Of a stretch of 62,248 nucleotides of DNA, positions 38,216 to 48,404 are shown piece after piece. The DNA lies in sequence record SRR20825019_411; one strand, given 5' to 3'. The stretch's first letter is position 1, and each line of letters begins with the position of its first letter. The notes under the pieces were generated by a model. That model made no database searches and had not been told where the DNA came from. It worked only from the letters and a program-made list of their open reading frames with translations. The position numbers and the translations under genes are program-made.

Positions 38216-38683
38216 ATGAAACGACGCTTTTTACCCCTCGCGGCCTCAGCCCTTGCCGCGGTATTCACAACTGCCAGCCAGTCAGACGAACAAACCCAGG
38301 AAGCCCGTGAACAAGCCAATCTGGAAAAAGCTGTTTATTGCATGGAAGTGTTGGAGGTTGAATTTGACCTCGAGACCGCAGGGCGCGAATGTTTTGGCAA
38401 TACCTATATCCAGCATTCCCCCCACGTGCCGGACGGCAAGGAAGGCGTTCTGGGCTATTTTGCAAAACGGTTTGAAAAATTCCCCAACGCCAAAATGGAC
38501 ATCAAGCGCGCATCTGCGGACGGTGATCTGGTTTGGATTCACCTGCATTTTCAGCGCACGCCCGACGTTCGCGGCAATGCGGTTATCCATATTTTCAGGA
38601 TGGAAGGCGGGAAATTTGTCGAGCACTGGGGCGTCGGGCAACCGGTACCGGAAAGCTCCGTTCACGGCAACTCAATATTCTAA
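38216..38683 (+). CDS. Secreted SnoaL/NTF2-like protein
   Basis: Signal-peptide-like N-terminus, YIQHSP..PDG, ADGDLVWIH and IFRMEGGKFVEHW. Confidence 0.85.
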   Translation: MKRRFLPLAASALAAVFTTASQSDEQTQEAREQANLEKAVYCMEVLEVEFDLETAGRECFGNTYIQHSPHVPDGKEGVLGYFAKRFEKFPNAKMDIKRASADGDLVWIHLHFQRTPDVRGNAVIHIFRMEGGKFVEHWGVGQPVPESSVHGNSIF

Positions 38684-38749
38684 GCGGGGCAAGGTGAGAA
38701 ATGGCGGTCCTTCTCGAGCATGCCGCCAACTCCCTAACCGCCTGGCGCT

Positions 38750-39769
38750 TCAGGTCTTCAGCAGGAAACGCGTCGCTGCTTTATAAAGCGCGTCGCGGCC
38801 GGTCTCCAGATGCATCAGGTGGGTTGCTTTAGGGATTTTAACGTCCCTGACCTCGGGTGAGTTTTGAAGCGCACGCTTGAGCCATGCCACGTCACCGTCG
38901 TTGCACACGCTATCCCACGCGCCGCGCACAATCAGTGTGGTCGCGGTTATGCGAGCGGGGTCATAAGGCATATTACCCGACCATGCGCTCATCAGGTCTG
39001 CAACCGGGCCATTTGGCGTTTTGACGGATGCGGGCGTGCGCAAAGCGCTCGTTTTATCTGCCTTCAGGTAGAGCGCCGCCCATACCGGGAAATCATCCTC
39101 TATCAGTACCTGCGCTTCACCCTCTGGCACGTCTTCCATAAAACGTGTCTTCTGCTCCTCCACTGTAATGAAGCGCCAGGGCCCAAGCGGCGGAACACCG
39201 TCCAAGGTCTTGCGCTGCGCGACAGGGCCAAAAAGCACAAGCCGGTCCACCAGCTCAGGGTAGTCGCCTGCAAACTTTCCTGCCGCTATCGTGCCCCATG
39301 AATGCGCAATGATCGACACCTTGGCGGCCCCTGTGTTGTCCATGATCGCCCGCACCGCGCGCTCAATCTGGTGCGCAGCCTCCGGCGCACGGCCAAGCGG
39401 CGCCCCTTCGGGCGGCGTGTCATGCATCATCTCGCTATAGCGTTCCGAGCGGCCATAGCCTGCAAAATCAAGCGCCCAGACTGAGAAGCCTGCACCATTC
39501 AGCGCGTCCGCCCATGAGCGGCCGTCAAAGCGGAAAAAAATCGAATTCTCAGCCGGAAATGTCGCCCCGTGGATATAAAGCACCGGTGTGCCCCGCACCT
39601 CGCCCGCGCTTTGCACCATGAGCGCAAGCCCGGGTTGGCCAGGCTGGCCAGCTGTGGCTGGTGCACCCCGCAGGTTGAATGATTGAAGTTCTGTCTCTGC
39701 CACGGCAGCTGATCCTCCCCAAAATACTGTCATGACTGAAAATAAAACGGTGCTCATTCTTTTAAGCAT
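38750..39769 (-). CDS. Alpha/beta hydrolase (secreted)
   Basis: YIHGAT, DFAGYGRS, AHSWG nucleophile elbow, GAWD and ATHLMH. Confidence 0.88.
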   Translation of the reverse strand: MLKRMSTVLFSVMTVFWGGSAAVAETELQSFNLRGAPATAGQPGQPGLALMVQSAGEVRGTPVLYIHGATFPAENSIFFRFDGRSWADALNGAGFSVWALDFAGYGRSERYSEMMHDTPPEGAPLGRAPEAAHQIERAVRAIMDNTGAAKVSIIAHSWGTIAAGKFAGDYPELVDRLVLFGPVAQRKTLDGVPPLGPWRFITVEEQKTRFMEDVPEGEAQVLIEDDFPVWAALYLKADKTSALRTPASVKTPNGPVADLMSAWSGNMPYDPARITATTLIVRGAWDSVCNDGDVAWLKRALQNSPEVRDVKIPKATHLMHLETGRDALYKAATRFLLKT

Positions 39770-39932
39770 GTGGCCTCCGGCGTGTTGAACGATGGACAGG
39801 GTTGACGGTGCACCACAGGTATCACCGGCCGCCTTATCAATGGTTCGATAAAGACCGAAGTATGCTTGGAAAGTTACTGTGAGCTTTGGACATGTGGAAC
39901 CACAAGAGAGCCGCAGGGCAGATCACCAGACC

Positions 39933-40421
39933 CTAAAGCTGTTTTTCAAAGCGCCAGATATCAAGCGGAAAGATACCACCGGATACCTCTGGCACATTGA
40001 GCTCAATGGTCTCGACACCCACGCGCACCCAGCCAGCTTTCTCATAAAACCGAGATGCCTGCTCGTTCCCGATCCCGCAGGCGAGCCAGGCCGTTTTATG
40101 GCCTTGGGCTGCGATACGCGCTTCCGCGTCCTGCGTCAGTTTGGCGGCAAGACCTGTGCCCCGCGCATCGCGGGAAACATACAGCTGGTGTAATTCATCC
40201 CCGCTGATCGTGGCAAAACCGAGCGGCGCACCAATGGGCCCAGAAACCCGTGTTTCTGAAAGCATAGGGGCAAGGCGCGTGCGAAAACTTTCAAGCGTTC
40301 TGTGCCGCGCCAGCTCAGGCGGCAGGATACCCAAGTGTGCATCCTGCCATCCGCTGAACCAAATCTGGGCCAGCGCGTCTATATCTGCCGTTTCCGGCTG
40401 TCGGAGGGGTAAAGTTTTCAT
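39933..40421 (-). CDS. GNAT acetyltransferase
   Basis: LYVSRDARGTGLA and N..A.RFYEKAGW. Confidence 0.88.
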   Translation of the reverse strand: MKTLPLRQPETADIDALAQIWFSGWQDAHLGILPPELARHRTLESFRTRLAPMLSETRVSGPIGAPLGFATISGDELHQLYVSRDARGTGLAAKLTQDAEARIAAQGHKTAWLACGIGNEQASRFYEKAGWVRVGVETIELNVPEVSGGIFPLDIWRFEKQL

Positions 40422-40441
40422 GTGTACGCCCTTTTACCCCA

Positions 40442-40855
40442 TCACCGCAGTAGGGGGTTTACGTGCTCAGCCTCAAGGCCACCACTGCCGTAAGGGCGGG
40501 TGAGAATCTCAAGCAAATGACCGTCCGGGTCAGGGAAATAAACACCGCGGCCATCATCCCAGTGATTGATCTCCCCCGGGTGTTTTTTGAACGGGTCAGC
40601 CCATATGGGCAACTCGAGCGCCTGAATGCGGCCGAAAATATCGTCAAACTCCGCCTCACTGACCTGAAAGGCAAAATGCCGGGAGGTAATTTCCTCATCG
40701 GTTTCAATGAAGTCGAGCGATGTATCCCCCACTTGCACCACGGCAAAAGGGCCAAGGTTTTTATGGGAGGCAAGACCTAGCAGGCTTGTATAAAATTTGG
40801 CGGATGCTGTTTTATCGCTGGCATGAATGATGGTGTGATTAAGCGTAACGGTCAT
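40442..40855 (-). CDS. VOC/glyoxalase-family protein
   Basis: LNHTII, HFAF and GRGVYFPDPDGHLLEI. Confidence 0.88.
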   Translation of the reverse strand: MTVTLNHTIIHASDKTASAKFYTSLLGLASHKNLGPFAVVQVGDTSLDFIETDEEITSRHFAFQVSEAEFDDIFGRIQALELPIWADPFKKHPGEINHWDDGRGVYFPDPDGHLLEILTRPYGSGGLEAEHVNPLLR

Positions 40856-41050
40856 CAAAAGCTCCAATAAGTGATCTGCCTAGCCTGAAATTTTCATACC
40901 ACCGGCTGCACCATGCCACCAGAGCGATCACGCACTGTTGAAACCAGCGCGACCTGCCGTGCACCAAGCCATCAGCCGCGAATGAGGACAGGTATGATGG
41001 CAAGGCCTGATACTTGTGGTATTGCATCATAGATGTGGGGAGGAAATACC

Positions 41051-41890
41051 ATGGCTAACACCGGAAAATTGCTCGCATTTTCACGCACTGTCTGGGCACA
41101 TGCGCCGCTCGGGTTGGCGCTGGTTCTGGGCTCGGTTCTGGGCTCGCTTCTGGCCGCACAAAATACCGCTGCTCACGCAGACGACGCTGGCTGGCAGGCG
41201 CTCTTTAACGGGAAAGACCTGTCTGGCTGGCAAATGAAGTTTGCGGGGCGTCCGCTTGGCGAGAACTATAAAAATACCTTCCGAGTTGAAGACGGTGTTA
41301 TCCGCGCAAACTATGATGACTATCAGGCCTTTGAAGGACGCTTTGGCCACCTTTTCTGGCAAACGCCCTATTCAAACTATCGCCTGCGTTTCGAATACCG
41401 GTTTACGGGACACCAGACAGCGGGCGCGCCAGGGTGGGCGTTTCGCAACAGCGGTGTCATGGTGCACGCACAAGCGCCCGAAAGCATGACGACCGATCAG
41501 GACTTTCCTGTCTCGATCGAGGTGCAGCTGTTGGGGCAGCAAGGCAGTGACGCACGGCCAACGGGCAATGTGTGCACGCCCGGCACCCATATCCACATTG
41601 ATGGGAAGCTGGTGAAAGACCATTGCATCACCTCCCGCGCGGGCACCCACACAGGCGATGATTGGGTGCATGCAGAAGTGGTGGTGAGGGGTGGCGCGCT
41701 TATCCAGCACCTTATCAACGGGGAGCTGGTAATGGAATACAGCCACCCGCAATATGACCTGCTTGAGCCGGATACCCGGAACCTCAAGCCCGCTTTAGCG
41801 GACCTAAGCCAAGGTTACATCGCGTTTCAGGCGGAGAGCCACCCGGTTGAATTCAGGAATATATATCTGAAACTGCTTGATACAGAATAG
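41051..41890 (+). CDS. DUF1080 / 3-keto-disaccharide hydrolase-family protein
   Basis: WQALFNGKDLSGW, NSGV, IEVQL and GYIAFQAESHPVEFRNI. Signal peptide. Confidence 0.88.
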   Translation: MANTGKLLAFSRTVWAHAPLGLALVLGSVLGSLLAAQNTAAHADDAGWQALFNGKDLSGWQMKFAGRPLGENYKNTFRVEDGVIRANYDDYQAFEGRFGHLFWQTPYSNYRLRFEYRFTGHQTAGAPGWAFRNSGVMVHAQAPESMTTDQDFPVSIEVQLLGQQGSDARPTGNVCTPGTHIHIDGKLVKDHCITSRAGTHTGDDWVHAEVVVRGGALIQHLINGELVMEYSHPQYDLLEPDTRNLKPALADLSQGYIAFQAESHPVEFRNIYLKLLDTE

Positions 41891-41948
41891 ATGAGGGCCC
41901 CCGCATCAAACTATCGACGGGGCTGCGGAAAGCGAGTACCTATGCGCC

Positions 41949-43091
41949 ATGACAACAGACACACCCACAAAGAGTGAGCCGCTTGAGATATTCCTCGCCA
42001 CCGTGCCGGGGCTTGAAACTGCCCTGCAGCGCGAGGCGCACAGCAAAGGCTTCAAAAACGCCAAATCCACGCCGGGCGGTGTAACCGTCACCGGCGGGTG
42101 GCCTGAGGTATGGCGCGCAAACCTTGAACTGAGGGGCACCAGCAAAGTGCTGGTGCGGCTCGGCAGCTTTCGGGTGCAGCATTTGGCCAAGCTTGATAAA
42201 CGCGCGCGCGCTTTCCCGTGGGGCGAGACGCTCAGCGCAGATGTGCCGGTGCGGGTGGATGTAACGTGCAAAAAATCCCGCATCTATCATGACAAGGCTG
42301 CCGCAGAACGCATTGAAAAAGCGATCCGTGCGTCACTGGGGGTGGAAATCTCAACTGAAGCCAACGTATGTATCAAGGCGCGCATATTTGACGATATGTG
42401 CACCATCAGCGTGGATACGTCTGGCGAGTTGTTGCACAAACGCGGCCACAAGGAAGCGGTGAACAAAGCGCCGATGCGCGAAAATCTGGCCGCGCTTCTG
42501 TTGATGGAATGCGGTTTCACAGGTGGTGAGCCAGTGGTAGACCCCATGTGTGGCTCTGGCACCTTTGTGATTGAAGCGGCGGAAATGGCGCTGGGCCTCA
42601 CGCCCGGCCGCAGCCGAGATTTTGCTTTTGAACAACTGAAAACCTTTGATGCCAAGGCGTGGCAAACCATGAAAGCCAACAGCATCTTGGATGATGCCAC
42701 AAGTGATGTGCGCTTCTTTGGTTTTGACCGGGATTCAGGCGCCATCAAGATGAGCACCGCGAATGCGGAGCGCGCGGGTGTTATGGGCATGACAGCCTTC
42801 TCCCGCCAGAGCATCAGCGAGCTTGCCTGCCCTGAAGGCGAGGCAGGCCTCGTGATCATCAACCCACCCTATGGTGCGCGTATTGGCGATGTGAAAAAAC
42901 TTACCTCGCTATACAGCTCATTAGGGGCAACGCTTGCGGCCCGCTTTGGCGGTTGGCGCGTGGGGCTTGTGACCAACTCGCGTGAGCTTGCGAAAGCAAC
43001 CGGCCTGCGGTTTGGCAAAAATACCACCGCGTTTTCACACGGTGGCATTCCGGTAAAGCTATATAAAACGCAGCCGTTACCCTTTAGCTAG
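41949..43091 (+). CDS. THUMP-domain class I SAM-dependent RNA methyltransferase (RlmL/YpsC-like)
   Basis: DTSGELLHKRG, APMRENLAA, DPMCGSGT and NPPYG. Confidence 0.88.
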   Translation: MTTDTPTKSEPLEIFLATVPGLETALQREAHSKGFKNAKSTPGGVTVTGGWPEVWRANLELRGTSKVLVRLGSFRVQHLAKLDKRARAFPWGETLSADVPVRVDVTCKKSRIYHDKAAAERIEKAIRASLGVEISTEANVCIKARIFDDMCTISVDTSGELLHKRGHKEAVNKAPMRENLAALLLMECGFTGGEPVVDPMCGSGTFVIEAAEMALGLTPGRSRDFAFEQLKTFDAKAWQTMKANSILDDATSDVRFFGFDRDSGAIKMSTANAERAGVMGMTAFSRQSISELACPEGEAGLVIINPPYGARIGDVKKLTSLYSSLGATLAARFGGWRVGLVTNSRELAKATGLRFGKNTTAFSHGGIPVKLYKTQPLPFS

Positions 43092-43103
43092 AGGCCGCAG
43101 CCC

Positions 43104-43463
43104 CTACTCTGCTTCGTGGCACACAAATTCAACCAACCGGCCATCCGGGTCACGAAGATAGCCCGCGTAATAATTCGGGTGAATATGAGCCGCGAGCGCA
43201 GGCGCGCGGTCAAGCGTCAACCCGGTTTTTGAAGCGCCTTCATAGATCAGGTCTACTGTGGCGCGGTCGGGCGCGCGAAAGGCATAGTGCACGTCTGTGG
43301 ACGGTGTGCCTTCAAGCACAAAAAAATCAAGCGATATGCCGTCCCCAAATCCCTTTGCCGGGCCGTCCACCGTTTGGCTGTAGCCCAGCGGCGCAAGCGT
43401 GGTTTTATAAAACGCCACTGTGGCTGTGAGGTCGCTTGTTTTGATTTCCAGATGATCGATCAT
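43104..43463 (-). CDS. VOC/glyoxalase-family protein
   Basis: MIDHLEI, HYAF and YYAGYLRDPDGRLVEFVCH. Confidence 0.88.
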   Translation of the reverse strand: MIDHLEIKTSDLTATVAFYKTTLAPLGYSQTVDGPAKGFGDGISLDFFVLEGTPSTDVHYAFRAPDRATVDLIYEGASKTGLTLDRAPALAAHIHPNYYAGYLRDPDGRLVEFVCHEAE

Positions 43464-43512
43464 TCTTGCTGTCTTTCTTATATATAGAGATGAGCTTATT
43501 TGGGGTTGGGGT

Positions 43513-44625
43513 TTACGAGCATGGGGCGCTTTCAGCCCCTTCGGTTACAACACACAGGGGCCGGTCATTGCCGCCAAGCCTGCCTGTTTCAACATCGGAA
43601 AGGATGGCTGCATAACCCGCCGCACCCGAGGGGGTTGTGACCATACCAGAGCCATGAAGCGCCTGCACGGCGCGGACCGCGGCCTCATCGCTCACCGTAT
43701 GGTAGTGCACATCAGCATGAGCCAGCACATCCACCGCAAGGCTTGAGGGAACCTTGCAGTCCAGTCGGTGCATGAGCGAGGCCCGCGGGTCTGCAACCAC
43801 CGTCAGTCTGCCAGCACTTGCGCTTGCCCTCAGGCACGGCGCAACGTCAGGCTCAACGATGATGATGGTGGGCTGCATGGGCCAGTGCAGGCGAATGTAA
43901 CGCGCGGTAGCGGCCGCAAAACTGCCCACACCCGCCTGCAAATAAACATGGGTGGGCCAGATGCCAGTGCCCGCAAACACCTGCTCCAGCTCGCTCGCCA
44001 GTATCTGGTATCCTTCCATCACAAGCGCGGGGGTAGTTTCGTCGTTTGCGATAGAAAAATCCGCCACGAGGAAAACCTTGTTACCCTTTGCGGCCTTTGC
44101 GGCATTCGCAGCGGCGGCACAGGCGTCTTCATAGGTGGTGCCCGCGATCACAGCCTCTGCGCCCAGACCTGCGAGGCGACGGGCGAAGCTTTCAGGCGCA
44201 CTTTCCGGCAGGAACACCTTTGCGCGCACGCCAAATATCTGCGCGGCTTTTGCCACCGCCATACCGTGGTTGCCCGCGCTTGCGCACACGAGGGTCACAC
44301 CGCTGAGCGCGGCGTTCTCTGCATCGCCAAGCCGCTCCATTGCGGGCCACAGCACCCGGCGCTGTTGGCCGAGAAGGCCAGCAAGAAGCTGCGCCACTGC
44401 ATAGATGGCACCAAGGCCCTTGAAAGCACCAAGGCCCAGCCTGCCGGTTTCGTCCTTGATATATATGCCGCTGCCATTTGGCGCCTTCACGGTGATGAGC
44501 GGTGTTGGCGCATAAAGCGCACACTGCGCCATAGTCGCACGCGCCCGTGCAACATCCGGTTTGAACACAGTTTGATGGATTGAAGGTGAAACCTGCATAA
44601 GCGCGCCCTGTTGTTTGTCGGGCAT
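43513..44625 (-). CDS. Fold-type II PLP enzyme, diaminopropionate ammonia-lyase-like
   Basis: KDETGRLGLGAFKGLG (PLP Lys), SAGNHG, VMEGY, QAGVGSFA and VTEG. Confidence 0.8.
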   Translation of the reverse strand: MPDKQQGALMQVSPSIHQTVFKPDVARARATMAQCALYAPTPLITVKAPNGSGIYIKDETGRLGLGAFKGLGAIYAVAQLLAGLLGQQRRVLWPAMERLGDAENAALSGVTLVCASAGNHGMAVAKAAQIFGVRAKVFLPESAPESFARRLAGLGAEAVIAGTTYEDACAAAANAAKAAKGNKVFLVADFSIANDETTPALVMEGYQILASELEQVFAGTGIWPTHVYLQAGVGSFAAATARYIRLHWPMQPTIIIVEPDVAPCLRASASAGRLTVVADPRASLMHRLDCKVPSSLAVDVLAHADVHYHTVSDEAAVRAVQALHGSGMVTTPSGAAGYAAILSDVETGRLGGNDRPLCVVTEGAESAPCS

Positions 44626-44721
44626 GAATATACCGCGCTATGGCGATATATATTGCGCGCGCATTGCTATTTGTGTGACTATTTTTGATCATACAATGGC
44701 AAAAAGTGATCGATAGATATT

Positions 44722-45192
44722 ATGATGACCGACCTTGACCATGCGGACCGTATCCTGCTTGCTGAATTGCAGCGGGACAGCACCACCTCGATCAACGACC
44801 TGGCGGATGCTTGCGGCCTTTCAACCCCTTCCGTGCAGCGCAGGCTCAAGAAACTCAGGGCATCCGGCGTGATTGAGCGCGAGATTGCGGTGCTGAACCA
44901 AAAAGCACTTGGGCAGGATATGACCTTCATCGTGCTGGTGGAGCTGGAACGTGAACGTATCGACCAGCTTGATGCTTTCCGCCGCATGGCAGCGAGGGAA
45001 AGCGCGGTTCAGCAGTGTTATTATGTGACCGGGGAGGCGGATTTTGTGCTTGTGTGCACGGCCGCAGACATGCAGGCGTTCGAGGCACTTACCCACCGCC
45101 TGTTTTTTGAAAATGGCAATGTGCGGCGCTTTCGCACCTCTGTTGTCATGAGCCGCACCAAGGTTGGCCTTGATGTGCCGGTGATGCCTTAA
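44722..45192 (+). CDS. Lrp/AsnC transcriptional regulator, divergent from the PLP enzyme
   Basis: LDHADRILL.ELQ.D HTH and QCYYVTGEADF. Confidence 0.92.
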   Translation: MMTDLDHADRILLAELQRDSTTSINDLADACGLSTPSVQRRLKKLRASGVIEREIAVLNQKALGQDMTFIVLVELERERIDQLDAFRRMAARESAVQQCYYVTGEADFVLVCTAADMQAFEALTHRLFFENGNVRRFRTSVVMSRTKVGLDVPVMP

Positions 45193-45206
45193 CCCGCGCA
45201 AGAGCC

Positions 45207-46004
45207 CTATTCGAAATAGACCATGCACTGGCGGGAAAGGGCCACCAGTTCACCAGCTTCGGTAAACAGCATGCCTGATTGCTGGCTGTAGCCGTCCTTC
45301 GCTGCTTCAAGCGTATAATCAAGGTAGAACCAGTCGGCTTTCACGTCCGCCGGCGGCATGAGAAACTCAAGCGACCAGCTGAGCGAGCTTGCCATCACCG
45401 GTTTGTTGTAGTGCGACATCATCACCGGTGGCGGGATGTCCGCAAGGCCCACAAGCGCTTCTGCAGGGTAAGCGCTCATGTCGCTTTTGTGTTTCACCCA
45501 CATGCCAAGGCGGCGGTCGCCTGTGTTCGACATGGGCACGCCGCCCCCGGTCCAGTGACCATCAAAATACTGCAGGAAGGGCGGCAGAAGGCGCCCGGCC
45601 CCCTGAAGAGGTGGCACGCTGTCACGCGGTTCCGGGTTGAACGCCACGTTGGGGGCTGCGGCTTTGGTGTCCCGCGCATCCCCAAAAGACGCCATGGCTT
45701 GCGCGCACACCGCATCACCCGCACGCACCTGCGATGTGGCTTGGGTGACATTACGCCCTTCACGCAGCACGCTTGAGACCACCTGTACTTCACCCGCAGG
45801 CGCGGGCCCCACAAAGGATACCATCAGCGAACGCATAGGCTTTGGTGTGCTCAGCGCCCTGTTCATGCCAGCCACCAGCAGGCCGCCCACAAGCCCGCCA
45901 TATGCTGCGCGACCCTGCATCCAGCCTGGTGTCAGCGTTGCAACAGCATCCGCGCTGTCCACATCGCCGAGAATGTCGCCAAAAAGCCGTTCCTGCATGA
46001 TCAA
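45207..46004 (-). CDS. Acyl-CoA thioesterase (double hot-dog, TesB-like)
   Basis: WMQGRAAYGG, LREGR, AD.PPP and SSLSWS. Confidence 0.85.
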   Translation of the reverse strand: MIMQERLFGDILGDVDSADAVATLTPGWMQGRAAYGGLVGGLLVAGMNRALSTPKPMRSLMVSFVGPAPAGEVQVVSSVLREGRNVTQATSQVRAGDAVCAQAMASFGDARDTKAAAPNVAFNPEPRDSVPPLQGAGRLLPPFLQYFDGHWTGGGVPMSNTGDRRLGMWVKHKSDMSAYPAEALVGLADIPPPVMMSHYNKPVMASSLSWSLEFLMPPADVKADWFYLDYTLEAAKDGYSQQSGMLFTEAGELVALSRQCMVYFE

Positions 46005-46216
46005 ACCTTCCTGATAATCTGAACTTCATGTGCGCCTTAGAGGTAGCGTATTCTTTAGCTGTGGCAAGATTTCATTCCCGTATACCCGCCCTCACATGCG
46101 CAAATAAGTCACGGGTGCATATAGTCCTTTTTTCTGCCATAAGGGTCTCTATAATATGGACATTGCCTGACATATCCTGTCAGGAGAGCAGGCAAGCAAA
46201 AAGATTGGGAGACATC

Positions 46217-46828
46217 ATGGCCATCCACTTCTACGAGGGCGACCTGCCAAGCGGGCTGGACTTTGGCGCGTCCGTCGCGATTGACAGCGAAACCATGGGC
46301 CTTCTGCCTCACCGGGACAGGCTCTGTGTGGTGCAGCTTTCAAGCGGGGACGGCAATGCTCACCTCGTGCGCTTCAAAAAGGGCATGTATGATGCCCCGA
46401 ACCTGAAGGCGCTGCTGACCAATCCGGATGTGCTCAAGATCTTCCATTTCGCGCGTTTTGATGTGGCTGTGATGAAAGCTTATCTGGGTGTGGACACGGC
46501 GCCGATATACTGCACCAAGATCGCCAGCAAACTTGTGCGCACCTATACGGACCGTCACGGCCTCAAGGACCTGTGCCGCGAGCTTGCCGGTGTGGACCTT
46601 GATAAACAGCAGCAATCAAGCGACTGGGGTGCGGACGAGATATCAGACGCGCAAAAAGACTATGCGGCCTCTGATGTGCTTTACCTGCATGCCTGCAAGG
46701 AAAAGCTTGATATGATGCTGGCACGCGAGGGGCGTACAGCTCTGGCCGAAGCCGCTTTCGCTTTTCTGCCGACCCGCGCCGCGCTCGACCTCAAGGGGTT
46801 TGAGCCGATGGATATTTTCTCGCACTAA
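46217..46828 (+). CDS. rnd: Ribonuclease D (short DEDDy 3'-5' exonuclease)
   Basis: AIDSETMGL, RDRLCVVQ, FHFARFD, CTKIASKL, QQSSDWG and YAASDV. Start re-called at ATG 46217 (GGAG SD). Confidence 0.9.
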   Translation: MAIHFYEGDLPSGLDFGASVAIDSETMGLLPHRDRLCVVQLSSGDGNAHLVRFKKGMYDAPNLKALLTNPDVLKIFHFARFDVAVMKAYLGVDTAPIYCTKIASKLVRTYTDRHGLKDLCRELAGVDLDKQQQSSDWGADEISDAQKDYAASDVLYLHACKEKLDMMLAREGRTALAEAAFAFLPTRAALDLKGFEPMDIFSH

Positions 46829-46841
46829 GGCAAATGAGTTG

Positions 46842-47600
46842 ATGTCGCAGATGAAGTCTGAACATTTTGGCAGCGCTACCACGGCACGGGAACGCGCGCG
46901 TGCGGCCTTGGGGCCGATGAAGATCGTGCCCGTCGGGCGCCACTGGGACAGCTTCATTATTGTCATGCGGCTTGTGCTACCCATCTGCGCGCTGGTGCTG
47001 GGCAGTGTTACCATTCTATGGCCCTTCATCAATGAAACCGAGGTCAGCTTCACTCTCTCACGCGAGGAAGTGGCCAAAACCTCAAGCGTCGTGCATATGA
47101 CCAACTTGCGCTATGTGGGCACAGATACGGGCAACCGCCTGTTCCGCATTGAAGCCAGCGCTGGCCAGCAGGAAGATGCAAACGCGCCCATAATTCGGCT
47201 AAGCGATATCCGTGCGCGAATGGAGTTGCAGCCCGACCTGCCCGCCTTTGTGCATGCCCGCACCGGCATATACCGCATGAAAGAAAGCACGCTTGAACTT
47301 ATCGGCGGCGTTTCTGTGCGGTCTGCGGCAGGTTATCAACTGGAGATGGACGGCGCGGAAGTGGACCTCAAGGCCCACACAGCCAAAGGCACCGGCAAAA
47401 TCAAAGGCGCGTCTGAGTTGGGACAGCTTGAAGCTGGCAGCATGGAAGTGCTGATCGATACCCACGAAGGTGTTTTTGAGGGCGGCGTCAGGCTGCACCT
47501 TGTGCCCCAACGTCCGGCGCAGGACGGCCCCAAAGCGCCACGGCTTACCAGCCAGCCAAGCAATACACCCAACAGCGAAACCGAGTTCGCAGGCACATGA
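46842..47600 (+). CDS. lptC: LPS export protein LptC
   Basis: Single TM (RLVLP...ILWP) followed by beta-jellyroll-like sequence. Sits before lptA-lptB. Confidence 0.8.
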   Translation: MSQMKSEHFGSATTARERARAALGPMKIVPVGRHWDSFIIVMRLVLPICALVLGSVTILWPFINETEVSFTLSREEVAKTSSVVHMTNLRYVGTDTGNRLFRIEASAGQQEDANAPIIRLSDIRARMELQPDLPAFVHARTGIYRMKESTLELIGGVSVRSAAGYQLEMDGAEVDLKAHTAKGTGKIKGASELGQLEAGSMEVLIDTHEGVFEGGVRLHLVPQRPAQDGPKAPRLTSQPSNTPNSETEFAGT

Positions 47601-48154
47601 GAACAGATATGAAAAAGCTTTTCCAAAAAGTCAGCCTAGCCACTGCAATCCTGACTGCTACCCTGTGTGCAATGGCATCACCTTTGCTGGCGCAATCGGT
47701 TCTCAAAAGCCATGACACCTATCAGGCCATTGATATCTCTGCCGAACGGCTGGAGATGAAACAAAAAGAAGGCCGGGCTATTTTCAAGGGTGCTGTGACT
47801 GTCAAGCAAGGCAAAATGACCCTGAACGCGGATACGCTGACTGTGTTTTACCAGGCTGAAAACGGCGTGGAAAACCCGTCAATCTCCCGGCTCGATGCTG
47901 AAGGGTCGGTCACACTCACCTCCGCCAGTGAAACACTGAGCGGTGAATGGGGCGTTTATGATGTGGACCGGCGGTTGATCACGCTGGGCGGTGATGTTGT
48001 GTTCACACAGGGCGATTCTACACTCAGGGGCAACCGGCTTGAGTTCGACCTCGTCTCAGGCCTCGCGAAGCTGGATGGCAACGCCAGCGAAGACGGCCGT
48101 GTGCGTGGCCAGTTTAGCGTGCCTTCCGCCAAGAAGCCGGACGAAAAGCAATAA
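47597..48154 (+). CDS. lptA: LPS transport periplasmic protein LptA/OstA
   Basis: Signal peptide, IDISAERLE, F.G.V.V.QG, LRGNRL and GRVRGQF. Confidence 0.88.
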   Translation: MRTDMKKLFQKVSLATAILTATLCAMASPLLAQSVLKSHDTYQAIDISAERLEMKQKEGRAIFKGAVTVKQGKMTLNADTLTVFYQAENGVENPSISRLDAEGSVTLTSASETLSGEWGVYDVDRRLITLGGDVVFTQGDSTLRGNRLEFDLVSGLAKLDGNASEDGRVRGQFSVPSAKKPDEKQ

Positions 48155-48404
48155 AATTCAGCCTGCCATCGCAAAACCAGCTTCACTGCGCTAATGCAAA
48201 CTGAGCGCGGCAATGCGGCTGGCCACAAGCCTTATTGATTAAGATAATACCAGCTGAAACCATTGCTTTTCACTGGCGTGATGCCCATGTTCATGGTTTA
48301 TTGAGGGTGGCTTATGCATAAAATGAGCCAAACGGGAAAGCAGGTCTTCCGGCGCTTTTAAGTGCCGGGCTGGGAAGGCCCCGCAAAAGGGATGGTTAGC
48401 GAGT

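Noticed and set aside
41122-41145. 12-bp tandem duplication GGTTCTGGGCTC x2
   Set aside because: In-frame two-copy repeat within a signal-peptide region (VLGS-VLGS), with no evident functional consequence.
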